From positions 64,001 to 128,000 of the forward strand of contig CAVQUB010000011.1 of the NCBI GenBank assembly GCA_963716725.1: a stretch of 64,000 bases of DNA, written 5' to 3'. The position numbers and the translations under genes were made by a program. Under the pieces are notes generated by a model, which worked only from the letters and a program-made list of their open reading frames with translations, had not been told where the DNA came from and ran no database searches. Below, piece by piece: positions 10,276 through 19,645 of the stretch. Source of the stretch: an uncultured delta proteobacterium (GTDB taxonomy: Bacteria > Myxococcota_A > Polyangia > Polyangiales > Polyangiaceae). Positions within the stretch are counted from its first letter, which is position 1, and each line of letters starts with the position of its first letter.

Positions 10276-11613
10276 TCACGCGTCGGGGGGGTTCCCGCCG
10301 CCCGGCGCCTCGGCCGCCAAGCCGGAAGGCAGATGGACTCGGAAGGTCGCTCCGCGGCCTTCCTGGCTATCGACCTCAACGGAAAAACCGTGCTCGTCGG
10401 CGATGGCTTTGACGACCGCGAGACCCACGCCGGTGCCGTGGCTGCGGGTGGTGAAGAACGCGTCGAAGAGCCGTTCCCGCGCCTCGTCGTCGATCCCTTG
10501 CCCCCGATCCGAGACGGCCAGCACGAAACCGTCGGCGTCGGCGACGATCGACACTTCGACGGCGTCACCCGGACTCGAGGCTTGAACGGCGTTTCGCACC
10601 AGGTTCCAGACCAACTGTCGGAGTTGCGCGGCGTCGGCCACCACCCGGGCGGCATCGACGCCCCGATACTCGATCGCGATGTCGGAGCTGCCGCGGCCGG
10701 ATTGCGACGCCAGCGCCACGACCTCCTGCGCGACTGCCGCGACGTCGACCTCGGCGAACTCGGGCTTGCGACGCCGGGTGAGGTCCATCATGTCGGTGAC
10801 GAGATCGTTCAGGCGTTCCGCCTCGCGCTGCGCGATGTCGCACAGCAGTCGGTCGTCCTCCGAGAGCGCGGGGTTGTCGCGCAAGAGTTGGACGGAGCCA
10901 GCGATCGATCCGAGCGGATTCCTAATCTCGTGTGCGAGCCCGGTGGCGAGCCGACCCAGCGCGGCCATGCGCTCCGCCCGGTCAGCTCGCTCTTCAGCGA
11001 CCACCACGCGCCCAGCTTCGAGGCGCAGCCGCTCCGCCAGGTACCCCGAGAGAAGTGTCACCACGACCAACATCAGGAGCGTGACGAGCACGTAGTAAGC
11101 GACCTCGCCCCGAGGCAGAGAATACAGAGCGGAGGGTTGATCTGCCGGCGGCGGAAGCCAGCGGCGAGCCAGCAGGGTGACCAGGCCGACGTAGAGTGCG
11201 CCCCCGGAAATGGCCGCGATGGCCGCGCCGCGCAGCCCAGCCAGGGCCGCGCCGGTGACGCACGTCAGCCCGTAGAACGACGTCGCACCGCTGGTCGCTC
11301 CCCCCGTGAGATAGACGAGCACGGTCCAGGTCGCTTGATCGACCAACAGCTGGGCGAGCGCCAGGCGGTCCAGGCCCCGTCCGCTGCGCAGCACCGCCGC
11401 GTACACGCCGGCACTCGCAAAAGCGAACGCCAGCGTCGCCCAGCCGATCTGCACGCTCACGGTGTCGGAGCCTGCGCTCTGCAAATAGAACGCGCCGATC
11501 ACTCCCAGGGCGGCAACCAAGAAGAACAGCCGCGCCGCAGTGACCCACGCCAGGCGCCGGGCCAACGGCGCGCCGGCCAGGTTCTCCGGGATGCCCAGGC
11601 TGACGGCCACCAC
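10276..11613 (-). CDS. pilS: PilS-like membrane sensor histidine kinase
   Basis: Multiple N-terminal TM helices with LTGGATS; H-box LAHEIRNPL; NLVRNA, DRGQGI, FFTTR, GTGVGL boxes; directly follows pilC. Confidence 0.8.
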   Translation of the reverse strand: MVAVSLGIPENLAGAPLARRLAWVTAARLFFLVAALGVIGAFYLQSAGSDTVSVQIGWATLAFAFASAGVYAAVLRSGRGLDRLALAQLLVDQATWTVLVYLTGGATSGATSFYGLTCVTGAALAGLRGAAIAAISGGALYVGLVTLLARRWLPPPADQPSALYSLPRGEVAYYVLVTLLMLVVVTLLSGYLAERLRLEAGRVVVAEERADRAERMAALGRLATGLAHEIRNPLGSIAGSVQLLRDNPALSEDDRLLCDIAQREAERLNDLVTDMMDLTRRRKPEFAEVDVAAVAQEVVALASQSGRGSSDIAIEYRGVDAARVVADAAQLRQLVWNLVRNAVQASSPGDAVEVSIVADADGFVLAVSDRGQGIDDEARERLFDAFFTTRSHGTGVGLAVVKAIADEHGFSVEVDSQEGRGATFRVHLPSGLAAEAPGGGNPPDA

Positions 11614-11622
11614 CGCCGACCG

Positions 11623-12837
11623 TCAGTCTGCCTTGATGTTGCCGGCCATCGAGAAGATGGGCAGGTACATCGCGATCAGCACCACTCCGACCATGCCGCC
11701 GACGCCGACCATCAGGATGGGCTCGATGGCGCTGGTCATGGCCGCGACGGCGATGTCGGTCTCTTCTTCGTAGAAATCGGCGATCTTGTTGAGCATCTGA
11801 TCGAGCGCGCCGGTCTGCTCACCGACGGCGATCATCTGAACCACCATGTCCGGGAATACGCCGGCCTCGGTCAGCGGCTCGGCCATGTTCTTGCCTTCGC
11901 TGATTTTGGTCCGCACGTGCTGGATTCCGTCCTCGAGGACCACGTTGCCGCTGGTCCTTGCGCAGATGTCCAGCGCGTCGAGGATCGGTACGCCGGACTG
12001 GAGCAGGGTGCCGAGCGTGCGGGTGAAGCGGGCCACTGCGATCTTGCGCAACACCGGCCCAATGATGGGCATTTTCAACTGTGCGCCGTGTACGACCCGC
12101 TTGCCCCCGGGTGTTCGATAGAAGTAGGTGAAGCCGCCGCCGGCCAGCAGCCCGCCCACGACGATGAAGGGCAAGTAGGTGACGAAGCCGTGGGAGAGCG
12201 CGACGATGATTTGGGTCAGCTTGGGCAGCGACTCTTTGCCGCCTCCGAAGTCAGCAAACATGCGCTCGAACGCCGGGATCACGAAGGTGAGCAACACGGT
12301 CATCACGCCGCCGGCGATGAAGATGACGATGATCGGATAAACCAGCGCACCACGCACCTGGCGGACGAGCTTCTGCCGCTTCTCGAGGTACACCGAGAGC
12401 CGCTGCATGATCGTGTCCAGGATGCCGCCGACTTCGCCGGCATGCACCAAGTTCACGAAGAGTTCGTCGAAGATCTTCGGGTGCTTGCGCAGGGCGTCGC
12501 TGAACGAGGCGCCCTGCTCCACGGAGCTCTTCACGTCGCGCAGCACTCCCGCAAAGACCTTGTTGGACTGTTGGCCGGAGAGGATCTCGAGGCACTGCAC
12601 CAGGGGCAGACCTGCGTCGATCATGGTGGCGAAGAGGCGGGTGAAGGTCACCAAGTCCTTGGTGTTGACACCGGACCCGAGCGAGAAGCTCAGCTCCTTG
12701 CCCTTTTTCTTGACCTTGACGGGGCTGAGCTGTTGCTGTCGAAGGCGCTGGTTGACGGCGTCCTCGCTGTCCGCCTCCATCACGCCCTTGCGGACTTCTC
12801 CCGTTCGGGCGCGCGCTTCCCACGCAAACTCGGCCAT
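11623..12837 (-). CDS. pilC: Type IV pilus platform protein PilC (T2SS F family)
   Basis: FTRLFATMIDAGLPLVQCL, GEVGGILD, ARFTRTLGTLLQSGVPIL, GEQTGALDQML, AMYLPIF; start MAEFAWEAR. Confidence 0.95.
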   Translation of the reverse strand: MAEFAWEARARTGEVRKGVMEADSEDAVNQRLRQQQLSPVKVKKKGKELSFSLGSGVNTKDLVTFTRLFATMIDAGLPLVQCLEILSGQQSNKVFAGVLRDVKSSVEQGASFSDALRKHPKIFDELFVNLVHAGEVGGILDTIMQRLSVYLEKRQKLVRQVRGALVYPIIVIFIAGGVMTVLLTFVIPAFERMFADFGGGKESLPKLTQIIVALSHGFVTYLPFIVVGGLLAGGGFTYFYRTPGGKRVVHGAQLKMPIIGPVLRKIAVARFTRTLGTLLQSGVPILDALDICARTSGNVVLEDGIQHVRTKISEGKNMAEPLTEAGVFPDMVVQMIAVGEQTGALDQMLNKIADFYEEETDIAVAAMTSAIEPILMVGVGGMVGVVLIAMYLPIFSMAGNIKAD

Positions 12838-12913
12838 ATTGTTTTGTGCCGGTGGTCTCAGCCGGCGACCGCAGCATAGCGGCGTCCACCTCGAAGCGTC
12901 AAAAAGACCGGCC

Positions 12914-14029
12914 ATGACCCAAGAAGCTGCGCTCTCTCGAATCGCTCAGGCGCTGGTGGTCGGGCCCGGAGTCGCGCCCGGGGCGAGCCTGGCCGTCGCT
13001 CGGCGGGTCGGGGGCTCGTGGAGCTTCAGGTTGGGCGCTGCCGGTCACCTCGACCGCCGGTGCGTGGCGGCGACGACACCGCTGACACCCTTCGATCTCG
13101 CGTCGGTGACCAAGCCGGTGCTTGCGCTGACCTTGGCGCGGCTCGACGCGCGCGGGGCGATTCGACGCTCCGATCCGCTGGGCCAGCACCTGCCAGAAGC
13201 GGTAGGCACGCCCTCGGCAGATGTCCCGCTGGATCTCCTACTGGCGCACCGTGCTGGGCTCGAGTCCCATCTGAGGTTCTTCGCGCCGCTCCAGGCGGGC
13301 CTGCCATTCGAGCGGCGACGTTGCTTGAGGCAGGCGTGCCAAGCCCGCCGCGCCGATGCATGCGGGCGACCGCCACCGGAAGGCTTCGCTCCCGTCTACA
13401 GCGATCTCGGCTATCTCCTCCTGGGCGCAGCCGTGGAGCGCAGCATCGGAAAGCCTCTCGACGAAGTCGTGCGGGCGGAGGTCGTTGCGCAGCTCGGACT
13501 CGGCCTTCGATCGGCACGTCAGGCGCTGGCCGACGGCGAGGACTTCGCTCGCGTGGTCGCCCCGACGGAGGTCGTCCCGTGGCGCGGGGGCGTGGTCTCG
13601 GGAATGGTCCACGACGAGAACGCTTGGGCGCTCGCGGGACACGGAGTCGCCGGCCACGCTGGGCTCTTCGGTACTGCCGAGGCGGTCGCGCGCTTCGGTT
13701 GCGCGGTGTTGGACATCCTCGCCGGTCGCGCGGAGGGCTTCCTCGCTGCCGAGCTCTGTCGAGCCCTCGTTCGCGAGCGACCGGGGTCGACGCTGCGCGC
13801 GGGGTTCGACGGAGTCTCGGGACCGGAGTCGTCCGCGGGCCGGATGGGGCCGCGCGCATTCGGGCACCTCGGGTTCACCGGCACGAGCCTGTGGTGCGAC
13901 CCGGACAGCGAAATTGTCACCGTCATCCTGACCAACCGGGTGCACCCGACCCGGGAGCACACCGCGATCCGGCAGGCCCGCCCGGCCGTGCAGAACGCGC
14001 TTCTAGACCTGCCCGCCGGCGGCGTCTGA
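12914..14029 (+). CDS. Serine hydrolase, beta-lactamase/AmpC-like family
   Basis: FDLASVTK (SxxK), LLAHRAGL, YSDLGY, VHDENA, GHAGLF, GHLGFTGT, LTNRVHP. The upstream ORF extension is antisense to pilC. Confidence 0.9.
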   Translation: MTQEAALSRIAQALVVGPGVAPGASLAVARRVGGSWSFRLGAAGHLDRRCVAATTPLTPFDLASVTKPVLALTLARLDARGAIRRSDPLGQHLPEAVGTPSADVPLDLLLAHRAGLESHLRFFAPLQAGLPFERRRCLRQACQARRADACGRPPPEGFAPVYSDLGYLLLGAAVERSIGKPLDEVVRAEVVAQLGLGLRSARQALADGEDFARVVAPTEVVPWRGGVVSGMVHDENAWALAGHGVAGHAGLFGTAEAVARFGCAVLDILAGRAEGFLAAELCRALVRERPGSTLRAGFDGVSGPESSAGRMGPRAFGHLGFTGTSLWCDPDSEIVTVILTNRVHPTREHTAIRQARPAVQNALLDLPAGGV

Positions 14030-14108
14030 GGAGCCAGAACGCGAGGGATGTCGGACCAAGCGGGCAAATAGCTGGAAACATTCGGAAAGACGTGCGAAAT
14101 TTCCAAAT

Positions 14109-14140
14109 GCGTTCCCCCCCGTTGGCGGAACGCTTCTTTC
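14109..14140 (+). terminator. Possible intrinsic terminator or attenuator hairpin
   Basis: GCGTTCC-N11-GGAACGC followed by TTCTTTC, between the hydrolase stop and the FHA gene start. Confidence 0.45.
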
Positions 14141-14164
14141 GCGGCAGGATCCAGGCAGTCAGCG

Positions 14165-15700
14165 ATGTGGAAGCTCTCGATCGAGGACGACCAAGCCAAC
14201 AAGACGGTCGTCAGCCTCGTCCGCGACGAGTACTCGATCGGACGCGGCGAGGAGAACACCGTCCGGCTGACCGAACGCAACATCTCGCGTCGGCACTCGA
14301 AGCTCACGCGCAACGGGACCGGTTGGATTCTCGACGACCTGGCGAGCTACAACGGTTGCTTCGTCAATGGGGTACGCGTCAGCGAGCCCCAGACCCTCGA
14401 GCACGGCGACCTGCTTCAAGTCGGTGACTACCGCCTCGAGATCACCGACGAGCAGGTCGCCAACGCGGTGTACAGCAAGTCGACCGTCCCGGGCGCCAAC
14501 CGCACCGCGTCGCTGCTCAGTGAACAGGATCGCCTGTTCATGCTCGCAGGTCCCTCGCCGGGCGCGGAGTACGCCCTGAGCGGCCAGCGCGTCGTGATCG
14601 GCCGCGGAGAAGAGTGCGACGTCTCGGTCAACCACGCCTCAGTGAGCCGCGTGCACGCCGAGATCCACGTCGTGGGTGACGGTCGCTACGAGATCGTCGA
14701 CCGGGAGAGCGCCAACGGGCTGCGCGTCAACGGGGTGGATCTGCATCGAAGCTTGCTGGACGCCCGCGACACCGTCGAGCTCGGCGACGTCGTCTTCAAG
14801 TTCATCCCCGCCGGCCAGATCTACCACCCGGGGGCCGATGCGACGGCGCAGCTGGGCGCTGTCGGTCCGGCGATGTCCGAGCGTCACACGCCGGCGCCCG
14901 GCGTCGGCATGGAGCGGAGGACCTCCGCCGCGCCTGGCATCCCGCCGATCCTGAAGGCCGTGGCCGGCGTAGCGTTTCTGGGAGTGCTCGTGATGATCGG
15001 CATGGTGGCGTTCGGGAACCGTCCGAACGCCGCCGGCGACGGCGCTGCCCAGGGCAGCGACCCCACGACTCGGGCGCTGACCGATGCCGTCCAACTCATG
15101 CAAAACGGCGACGTCGAAGGCGCGCACACCAAGGTGACCTCCGAGGTCCCCGAGAACAGCAACGCGCGCCAGTCCACCGAATTCAAGGACATCGAGGCAC
15201 GCTGGGCGAACATGCTGCTCGACCTCGCGAGCCGCGAGACGGATCCGCAGAAGAAGCGCGCTTTGCTCGACCGCGTCGCGAAGGCGACCACCGTCGACTC
15301 GGTGAGCCGCAAACGAGCCAGCAACGAAATCGCCGCGCTCGACCAGGGAGTGGATCCCAACGAGCTGCCGAGCACCACCAAGCCCGAAGCCACGCTCGGC
15401 CCAACGACGACCGCGGCTCCGGCGCTGTCCGGCGGGATCGTCCGCAACGACCCCTTCGGGGAGAAGCCCGTGGGCAAGACACCCCGGAAGCCCGAGGTTC
15501 CGCTCCCCAAGCCCAAGCCGAGCGCGGCCGAGACCGGTCCCGACGTGAAGGACATGGGCATGAGCGGTGACCGGCAAAAGCAAACTTCGGCCAAGAACGC
15601 GCTGAAGGCGAAGGCCGCGTCGGGCAAGGCCAGCGACAGCGACTTGCGCATGCTCAAGGCCTTGTGCCGGCAGCTCGGCGACATGAGCTGCGTGAACTGA
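14165..15700 (+). CDS. Membrane-anchored tandem FHA-domain protein
   Basis: Two FHA signatures (IGR...NISRRHS...DLASYNG; IGR...SVSRVHA...DRESANG), one TM helix, Pro-rich and Cys-containing C-terminus. Confidence 0.9.
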   Translation: MWKLSIEDDQANKTVVSLVRDEYSIGRGEENTVRLTERNISRRHSKLTRNGTGWILDDLASYNGCFVNGVRVSEPQTLEHGDLLQVGDYRLEITDEQVANAVYSKSTVPGANRTASLLSEQDRLFMLAGPSPGAEYALSGQRVVIGRGEECDVSVNHASVSRVHAEIHVVGDGRYEIVDRESANGLRVNGVDLHRSLLDARDTVELGDVVFKFIPAGQIYHPGADATAQLGAVGPAMSERHTPAPGVGMERRTSAAPGIPPILKAVAGVAFLGVLVMIGMVAFGNRPNAAGDGAAQGSDPTTRALTDAVQLMQNGDVEGAHTKVTSEVPENSNARQSTEFKDIEARWANMLLDLASRETDPQKKRALLDRVAKATTVDSVSRKRASNEIAALDQGVDPNELPSTTKPEATLGPTTTAAPALSGGIVRNDPFGEKPVGKTPRKPEVPLPKPKPSAAETGPDVKDMGMSGDRQKQTSAKNALKAKAASGKASDSDLRMLKALCRQLGDMSCVN

Positions 15701-17188
15701 GTGGCAGAAGTCAGGGTTCGGGGGCCGGTCACCAAGAGCCCGGGCACCGCGCTCGGATCGCGTCCGGTGCTCGCCGTAGTGTGCCTCGGTGTGCTCTCCC
15801 TGCTGGCCGAGTTCGTGCCCAGCCTGGCCGAGGTCAGGCTCTCGACGCGGCCAACGAACGGCGCGGCGGCCGAAGTGCCCCTGGGCGTGGCCGCCCCCGT
15901 GCTCGAGCTCGGACAAGCCGAGCTCGAAACGGAGACCCGGTCGCGACCAGAGCTGGCCCAACCCGAGCACGTCGAGCTGCCGCGCGCCGCCCACGGCCCG
16001 ATCGCGAAGAAGATCGAGGGAGATCAGATCGCGATCGACGCCGAGAAGCCGCCGGTGCCCATCGACGACCCGAACCACCGCGGGCTCGAGCCTTTCTATC
16101 GGGCGCTGGCTCGCACCGCAGCCAAGGAGCCCAATGCGATCACGCGCGTGGTGCACTTCGGCGATTCGCTGGTGACCAGCGACTACGTCTCCGGCACCTT
16201 GCGGCGGAAGCTCCAGCGTCAGTTCGGAGACTCTGGTCACGGCTTCATGCTCATGGCCAACGCCTGGCCCGCGTACTTCCACAACGATGTCAGTCGCTTC
16301 TCTTCCAGCGGATGGCTGGTCAGCCGCATCGTCGGCCCGCTCTCCCCCGACGGCCTGTATGGCCTGGGCGGCGTGTCCTTCCGCGCCCCGCCAGGCTCAC
16401 GGGCACGCTTTGGCACCGCCAAGAGCGGCAGCTTCGGGCGCGGCGTCTCGCGCTTCGTGCTCGCCTACGTCAAGGAGCCCGGTGGCGGCAGAGCAAAGCT
16501 CCGCATCGACGGCGCGGACGTGAGAGAGATCGACACCAGCGCACCGGCCACCACGGTCTCCTTCGAAGCGCTGGAGGTGCCCGACGGCGAACACGAGCTC
16601 GAGGTGCTGACGACCTCGGGAACGACACGCGCGTTTGGCGTGGTGATGGAACGAGATGCCCCGGGCGTCGTGCTCGACGCGATCGGGATCCAGGGCGCGC
16701 GAGTGCGCTTCCTCGACAAGCAGGACGACGCGCACTGGGCCGAGACCTTGCGCTGGCGAAAGCCCGATCTCTTGATCTACCAGTTCGGCGCCAACGAGAG
16801 CGGCGACGGCTTCGCGTATCCGATGGATGAGTACTTCCGCACCATGAAGGACGTGCTCGACCAGGGCAGGCGCGCGCGCCCCGAGATGGGCTGCCTGGTG
16901 GTCGGCGCCATGGATCGCGCCGAGAAGAAGGGCACCGCGCTAGCGACCATGCCAGTGATTCCGGCCATCGTCGCCGAGCAGCGCAAGGCCGCGGCCGCGG
17001 CGGGCTGCGCCTTCTTCGATACCTTCAAGGCGATGGGCGGCGCGGGCAGCATGGCCGCGTGGGTCGAGCGCGGGCTCGGGCAGGCCGATTTGACTCACCC
17101 GACCGGCGTCGGGTCGGAGGTGATCGGGAACTGGCTCTTCCGGGCGCTCATGCAAGGCTTCACGAGCTTCAGAGCGGCGGCGCCCTGA
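15701..17188 (+). CDS. SGNH/GDSL hydrolase, Ape1-like
   Basis: HFGDSL, LRRKLQRQFGDSGHGF, GIQGAR, FGANES, DLTH; N-terminal membrane anchor. Confidence 0.85.
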   Translation: MAEVRVRGPVTKSPGTALGSRPVLAVVCLGVLSLLAEFVPSLAEVRLSTRPTNGAAAEVPLGVAAPVLELGQAELETETRSRPELAQPEHVELPRAAHGPIAKKIEGDQIAIDAEKPPVPIDDPNHRGLEPFYRALARTAAKEPNAITRVVHFGDSLVTSDYVSGTLRRKLQRQFGDSGHGFMLMANAWPAYFHNDVSRFSSSGWLVSRIVGPLSPDGLYGLGGVSFRAPPGSRARFGTAKSGSFGRGVSRFVLAYVKEPGGGRAKLRIDGADVREIDTSAPATTVSFEALEVPDGEHELEVLTTSGTTRAFGVVMERDAPGVVLDAIGIQGARVRFLDKQDDAHWAETLRWRKPDLLIYQFGANESGDGFAYPMDEYFRTMKDVLDQGRRARPEMGCLVVGAMDRAEKKGTALATMPVIPAIVAEQRKAAAAAGCAFFDTFKAMGGAGSMAAWVERGLGQADLTHPTGVGSEVIGNWLFRALMQGFTSFRAAAP

Positions 17189-17189
17189 G

Positions 17190-18515
17190 CTACTCCGCTT
17201 CCGGAATCAGCTCGAGCAGGGCGTCCGCCAGGGCCCTTCCGAGCCGCTCGTAGCCTCCCGGAGCCAGGTGCACTCGATCCGCCGCCGCCAGGGGCGGTTT
17301 TTCCTTCATCCAGCGCGCGAAGCCGCCTTCCCCACCCATGGCGGCCCAGGCGCTGAAGTGGGCGCATCCGAGCCGCGTCGCCGTGCGCGCCGCGATCTGA
17401 TCGAACTCGACGACCCGCGGCGCGCTCTTTCCGTCGAGCGTGGCCATGTCCGGAGGCCCCAAGATCAGGCAGTCGGCCTGGGACGTCGCCGCCCGAATCC
17501 TGAGCACCAGATCTTCCAAGGTCTTCTCGTAACGCGTCGCCGAGAGCGTCGACGCTGCTTCGTTGGTCCCGTACGCGATGACGACCAGAGCCGGCCGCCG
17601 ATCGCTCAGCGCGGCAGCCCACTCGCTCTCATTCCAAGCCAGCGGCGTGGACGCACGCGCGCCGTTGATGCCCAAGGTGTCGAGCACCACCCCTGGCGCC
17701 ACGGTCTCCACGACCACACCGAACACCTCGGGGGCGCCGCCGCTCACGCCGATGTCCAAGGCAGCGGTCGCGCTGCTCTCGATGTCGTGAACTCGTAGCG
17801 CACCGACGGCCCGTCCCGACTTCGCCGTTGCATGCTCGACCTGCGGGGTGCCGCGAATGGAGAGCCGCAGCCGATCGGGTCCCTTCGCGCGATACCAGAG
17901 CGAGTACCGCGTCTTGCCCGTCGAGGCTGATTTCGAAAGCTCTACACTGGCGCGGGCGTCGGCGCTCACCGGCACGGCGCGCAATCCCGAGAGCCCAAAA
18001 ACGCCATCCAACTGCTTCATGCTGCCCGCGGGTGACGATGGCTCGCGGCGCCAGTTTCCCTCGCGCACGACCTTGAGCAGCGCGTGCCGATAGGGCTCGA
18101 CCCCGAGCTGAACGAAGCCCGGACCGCCGTTGCCGAATCGTTCTTGGAGCGGACGCCGAACCGCGTGGGTGAAGTAGTCCGCGGCGGTGTGGGAGTCGCC
18201 GAGCCAGACGATGCGTACGTGAGGCCCCTGTTCCTTGTTCTTGCCCAGCGCCCGCAGCGCGGCCTGAAGTCGAGGAAGCGGCAGGCCGCCGGGCCGCGGT
18301 GCCTCCGCGTCGACGGGCAGCACCGCCGCTGACGCCGACAACTCCGGGCTGCTGGCCTCCGGTGGGGTCGCGCTCGCCGCGACGGGTGAGGCCGGGCGAG
18401 GGGGCGCTTCAGGCGCCGGCGGGGCCACGGTTCCCGCCGCGCAGGTCAGCGCGATGGCGGCAGCGACCAAGGAGGTCCCCAGGGAAACGCCCAGCGAATT
18501 TCCAGCCGTCGTCAA
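17190..18515 (-). CDS. SGNH/GDSL hydrolase, Ape1-like (putative O-acetyl esterase)
   Basis: WLGDSHTAADYF...LQERFGNGGPGF, GINGAR, YGTNEA, DRVH; signal peptide. Confidence 0.87.
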   Translation of the reverse strand: MTTAGNSLGVSLGTSLVAAAIALTCAAGTVAPPAPEAPPRPASPVAASATPPEASSPELSASAAVLPVDAEAPRPGGLPLPRLQAALRALGKNKEQGPHVRIVWLGDSHTAADYFTHAVRRPLQERFGNGGPGFVQLGVEPYRHALLKVVREGNWRREPSSPAGSMKQLDGVFGLSGLRAVPVSADARASVELSKSASTGKTRYSLWYRAKGPDRLRLSIRGTPQVEHATAKSGRAVGALRVHDIESSATAALDIGVSGGAPEVFGVVVETVAPGVVLDTLGINGARASTPLAWNESEWAAALSDRRPALVVIAYGTNEAASTLSATRYEKTLEDLVLRIRAATSQADCLILGPPDMATLDGKSAPRVVEFDQIAARTATRLGCAHFSAWAAMGGEGGFARWMKEKPPLAAADRVHLAPGGYERLGRALADALLELIPEAE

Positions 18516-19642
18516 AACAGCGCGTCTTCCACTTCGCCGGCTCGCTCCGGCTTGTTCTGGATCCGGCGTTCTTGCACTCGATCGCGGACGTGAGCGACCA
18601 GCGTGTCCACGTAGCTCTCGAAGGGGGGGCAGCGAATCGACGATTCTCTCAAGATCTCGTCGCTGTTGCGGGTGTCGTAGCGCACCGGCGTCGCCAACAT
18701 CTCGACGAAGGCTCGCGGGCTCTTCGCCAACAGGCCGAGCCCCGGCGCCGAGAGCAGCGCCTTGGTGACTCGAGTGGGGATGAAGCCGCCCGGAAGGCGC
18801 TTGCCACCGCTGGCCGCGACCAACTCGAACACCCTCCGCACGGTGAGCGGCCGCGGATCTGCCAAATGAAAGGTGCGACCGATGGCCTTGGGGTGCCGAC
18901 CGATGAAGTGCGCGGCGCGAACGACGTAGTCGATGGGAACCAGGTGCAGGAGCGCGTCACCCCGCGCAGGCAACGGCACCGGGAGGTCTTGCGGTGACGT
19001 GACCAAGAGCAAGACCAAGAGATAAGGCCCGTCGAAGCGCTCGATCTCGCCGGTCGCGGAGTCCCCGACCACCCACGTCGGACGGATGACGATCAGGGGC
19101 AACCCGGGCAACGCTCCCCGCGCCAGACGTTCCGCCCGCGCCAGCGTCTCTTCGACGTGGGAGCGGAAGGTCTGCCCCGCGGCGAGATCGTCCTCGAGCA
19201 CCAGCCCCTCGCGGTTGCCGCTGACCAGCGCCGTCGAGTGAACGACGATGGACCGCATGTTCTTGCAGCAGCGTCCGAGCTCGATGACCTCGCGCATCGC
19301 CCCGATGTTCGTCGCCTCGGTGATCTCGCGTCGGACGCCCTCGAAGGTGACCTGCGCCAGGTGATGCACGCGATCGACCTCCGAGCCCAGGGTCCGATAT
19401 TCGGCGCCGCTCAGCCCGAGATCCATGGCGGCGGCGTCGCCTTCGATGAGCACGATCCGCTCGCGCAGCGCCTGAGGAAGTCGCGCCAACGCAGCGTTGG
19501 CCTCCTTTTCCAGCTGCTGGCGCACCACCAGGTACAAAAGCGTCCGGCTCTCGACCGAGGCGATGTACTCCACCATCTTCCGCGCTCGGAAGTTGGGAAA
19601 CCCGGTGACGAGCGTGACCTCGTCGTAGCCGCGTCGCGCCAA
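18512..19642 (-). CDS. Extended SDR / fatty acyl-CoA reductase-like protein with degenerate catalytic motifs
   Basis: TLVTGFPNFRA, EGDAAAMDLGLS, HHLAQ, IRPTWVVGDSATGE...DGPY, VPIDYV; the YxxxK position reads VEETL. Confidence 0.82.
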   Translation of the reverse strand: MARRGYDEVTLVTGFPNFRARKMVEYIASVESRTLLYLVVRQQLEKEANAALARLPQALRERIVLIEGDAAAMDLGLSGAEYRTLGSEVDRVHHLAQVTFEGVRREITEATNIGAMREVIELGRCCKNMRSIVVHSTALVSGNREGLVLEDDLAAGQTFRSHVEETLARAERLARGALPGLPLIVIRPTWVVGDSATGEIERFDGPYLLVLLLVTSPQDLPVPLPARGDALLHLVPIDYVVRAAHFIGRHPKAIGRTFHLADPRPLTVRRVFELVAASGGKRLPGGFIPTRVTKALLSAPGLGLLAKSPRAFVEMLATPVRYDTRNSDEILRESSIRCPPFESYVDTLVAHVRDRVQERRIQNKPERAGEVEDALF

Positions 19643-19645
19643 GGG

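Noticed and set aside
10249..12879. Very long ORFs antisense to real genes (e.g. 10249-12879, 19157-21292, 42149-44770, 44653-46623, 59794-61137)
   Set aside because: Shadow frames expected from high-GC codon bias. They mirror well-supported genes on the opposite strand and have no recognisable motifs.
14060..14105. GGGCAAA...GAAA...GACG resembling a c-di-GMP-I riboswitch
   Set aside because: The stem around GAAA does not pair, and the GACGCAAA and second-hairpin elements are absent.
15695..15706. FHA gene TGA immediately followed in frame by the SGNH gene GTG (possible readthrough or selenocysteine fusion)
   Set aside because: Each ORF looks complete, the second has its own membrane anchor, and I see no SECIS-like hairpin. 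Simple adjacency explains it.
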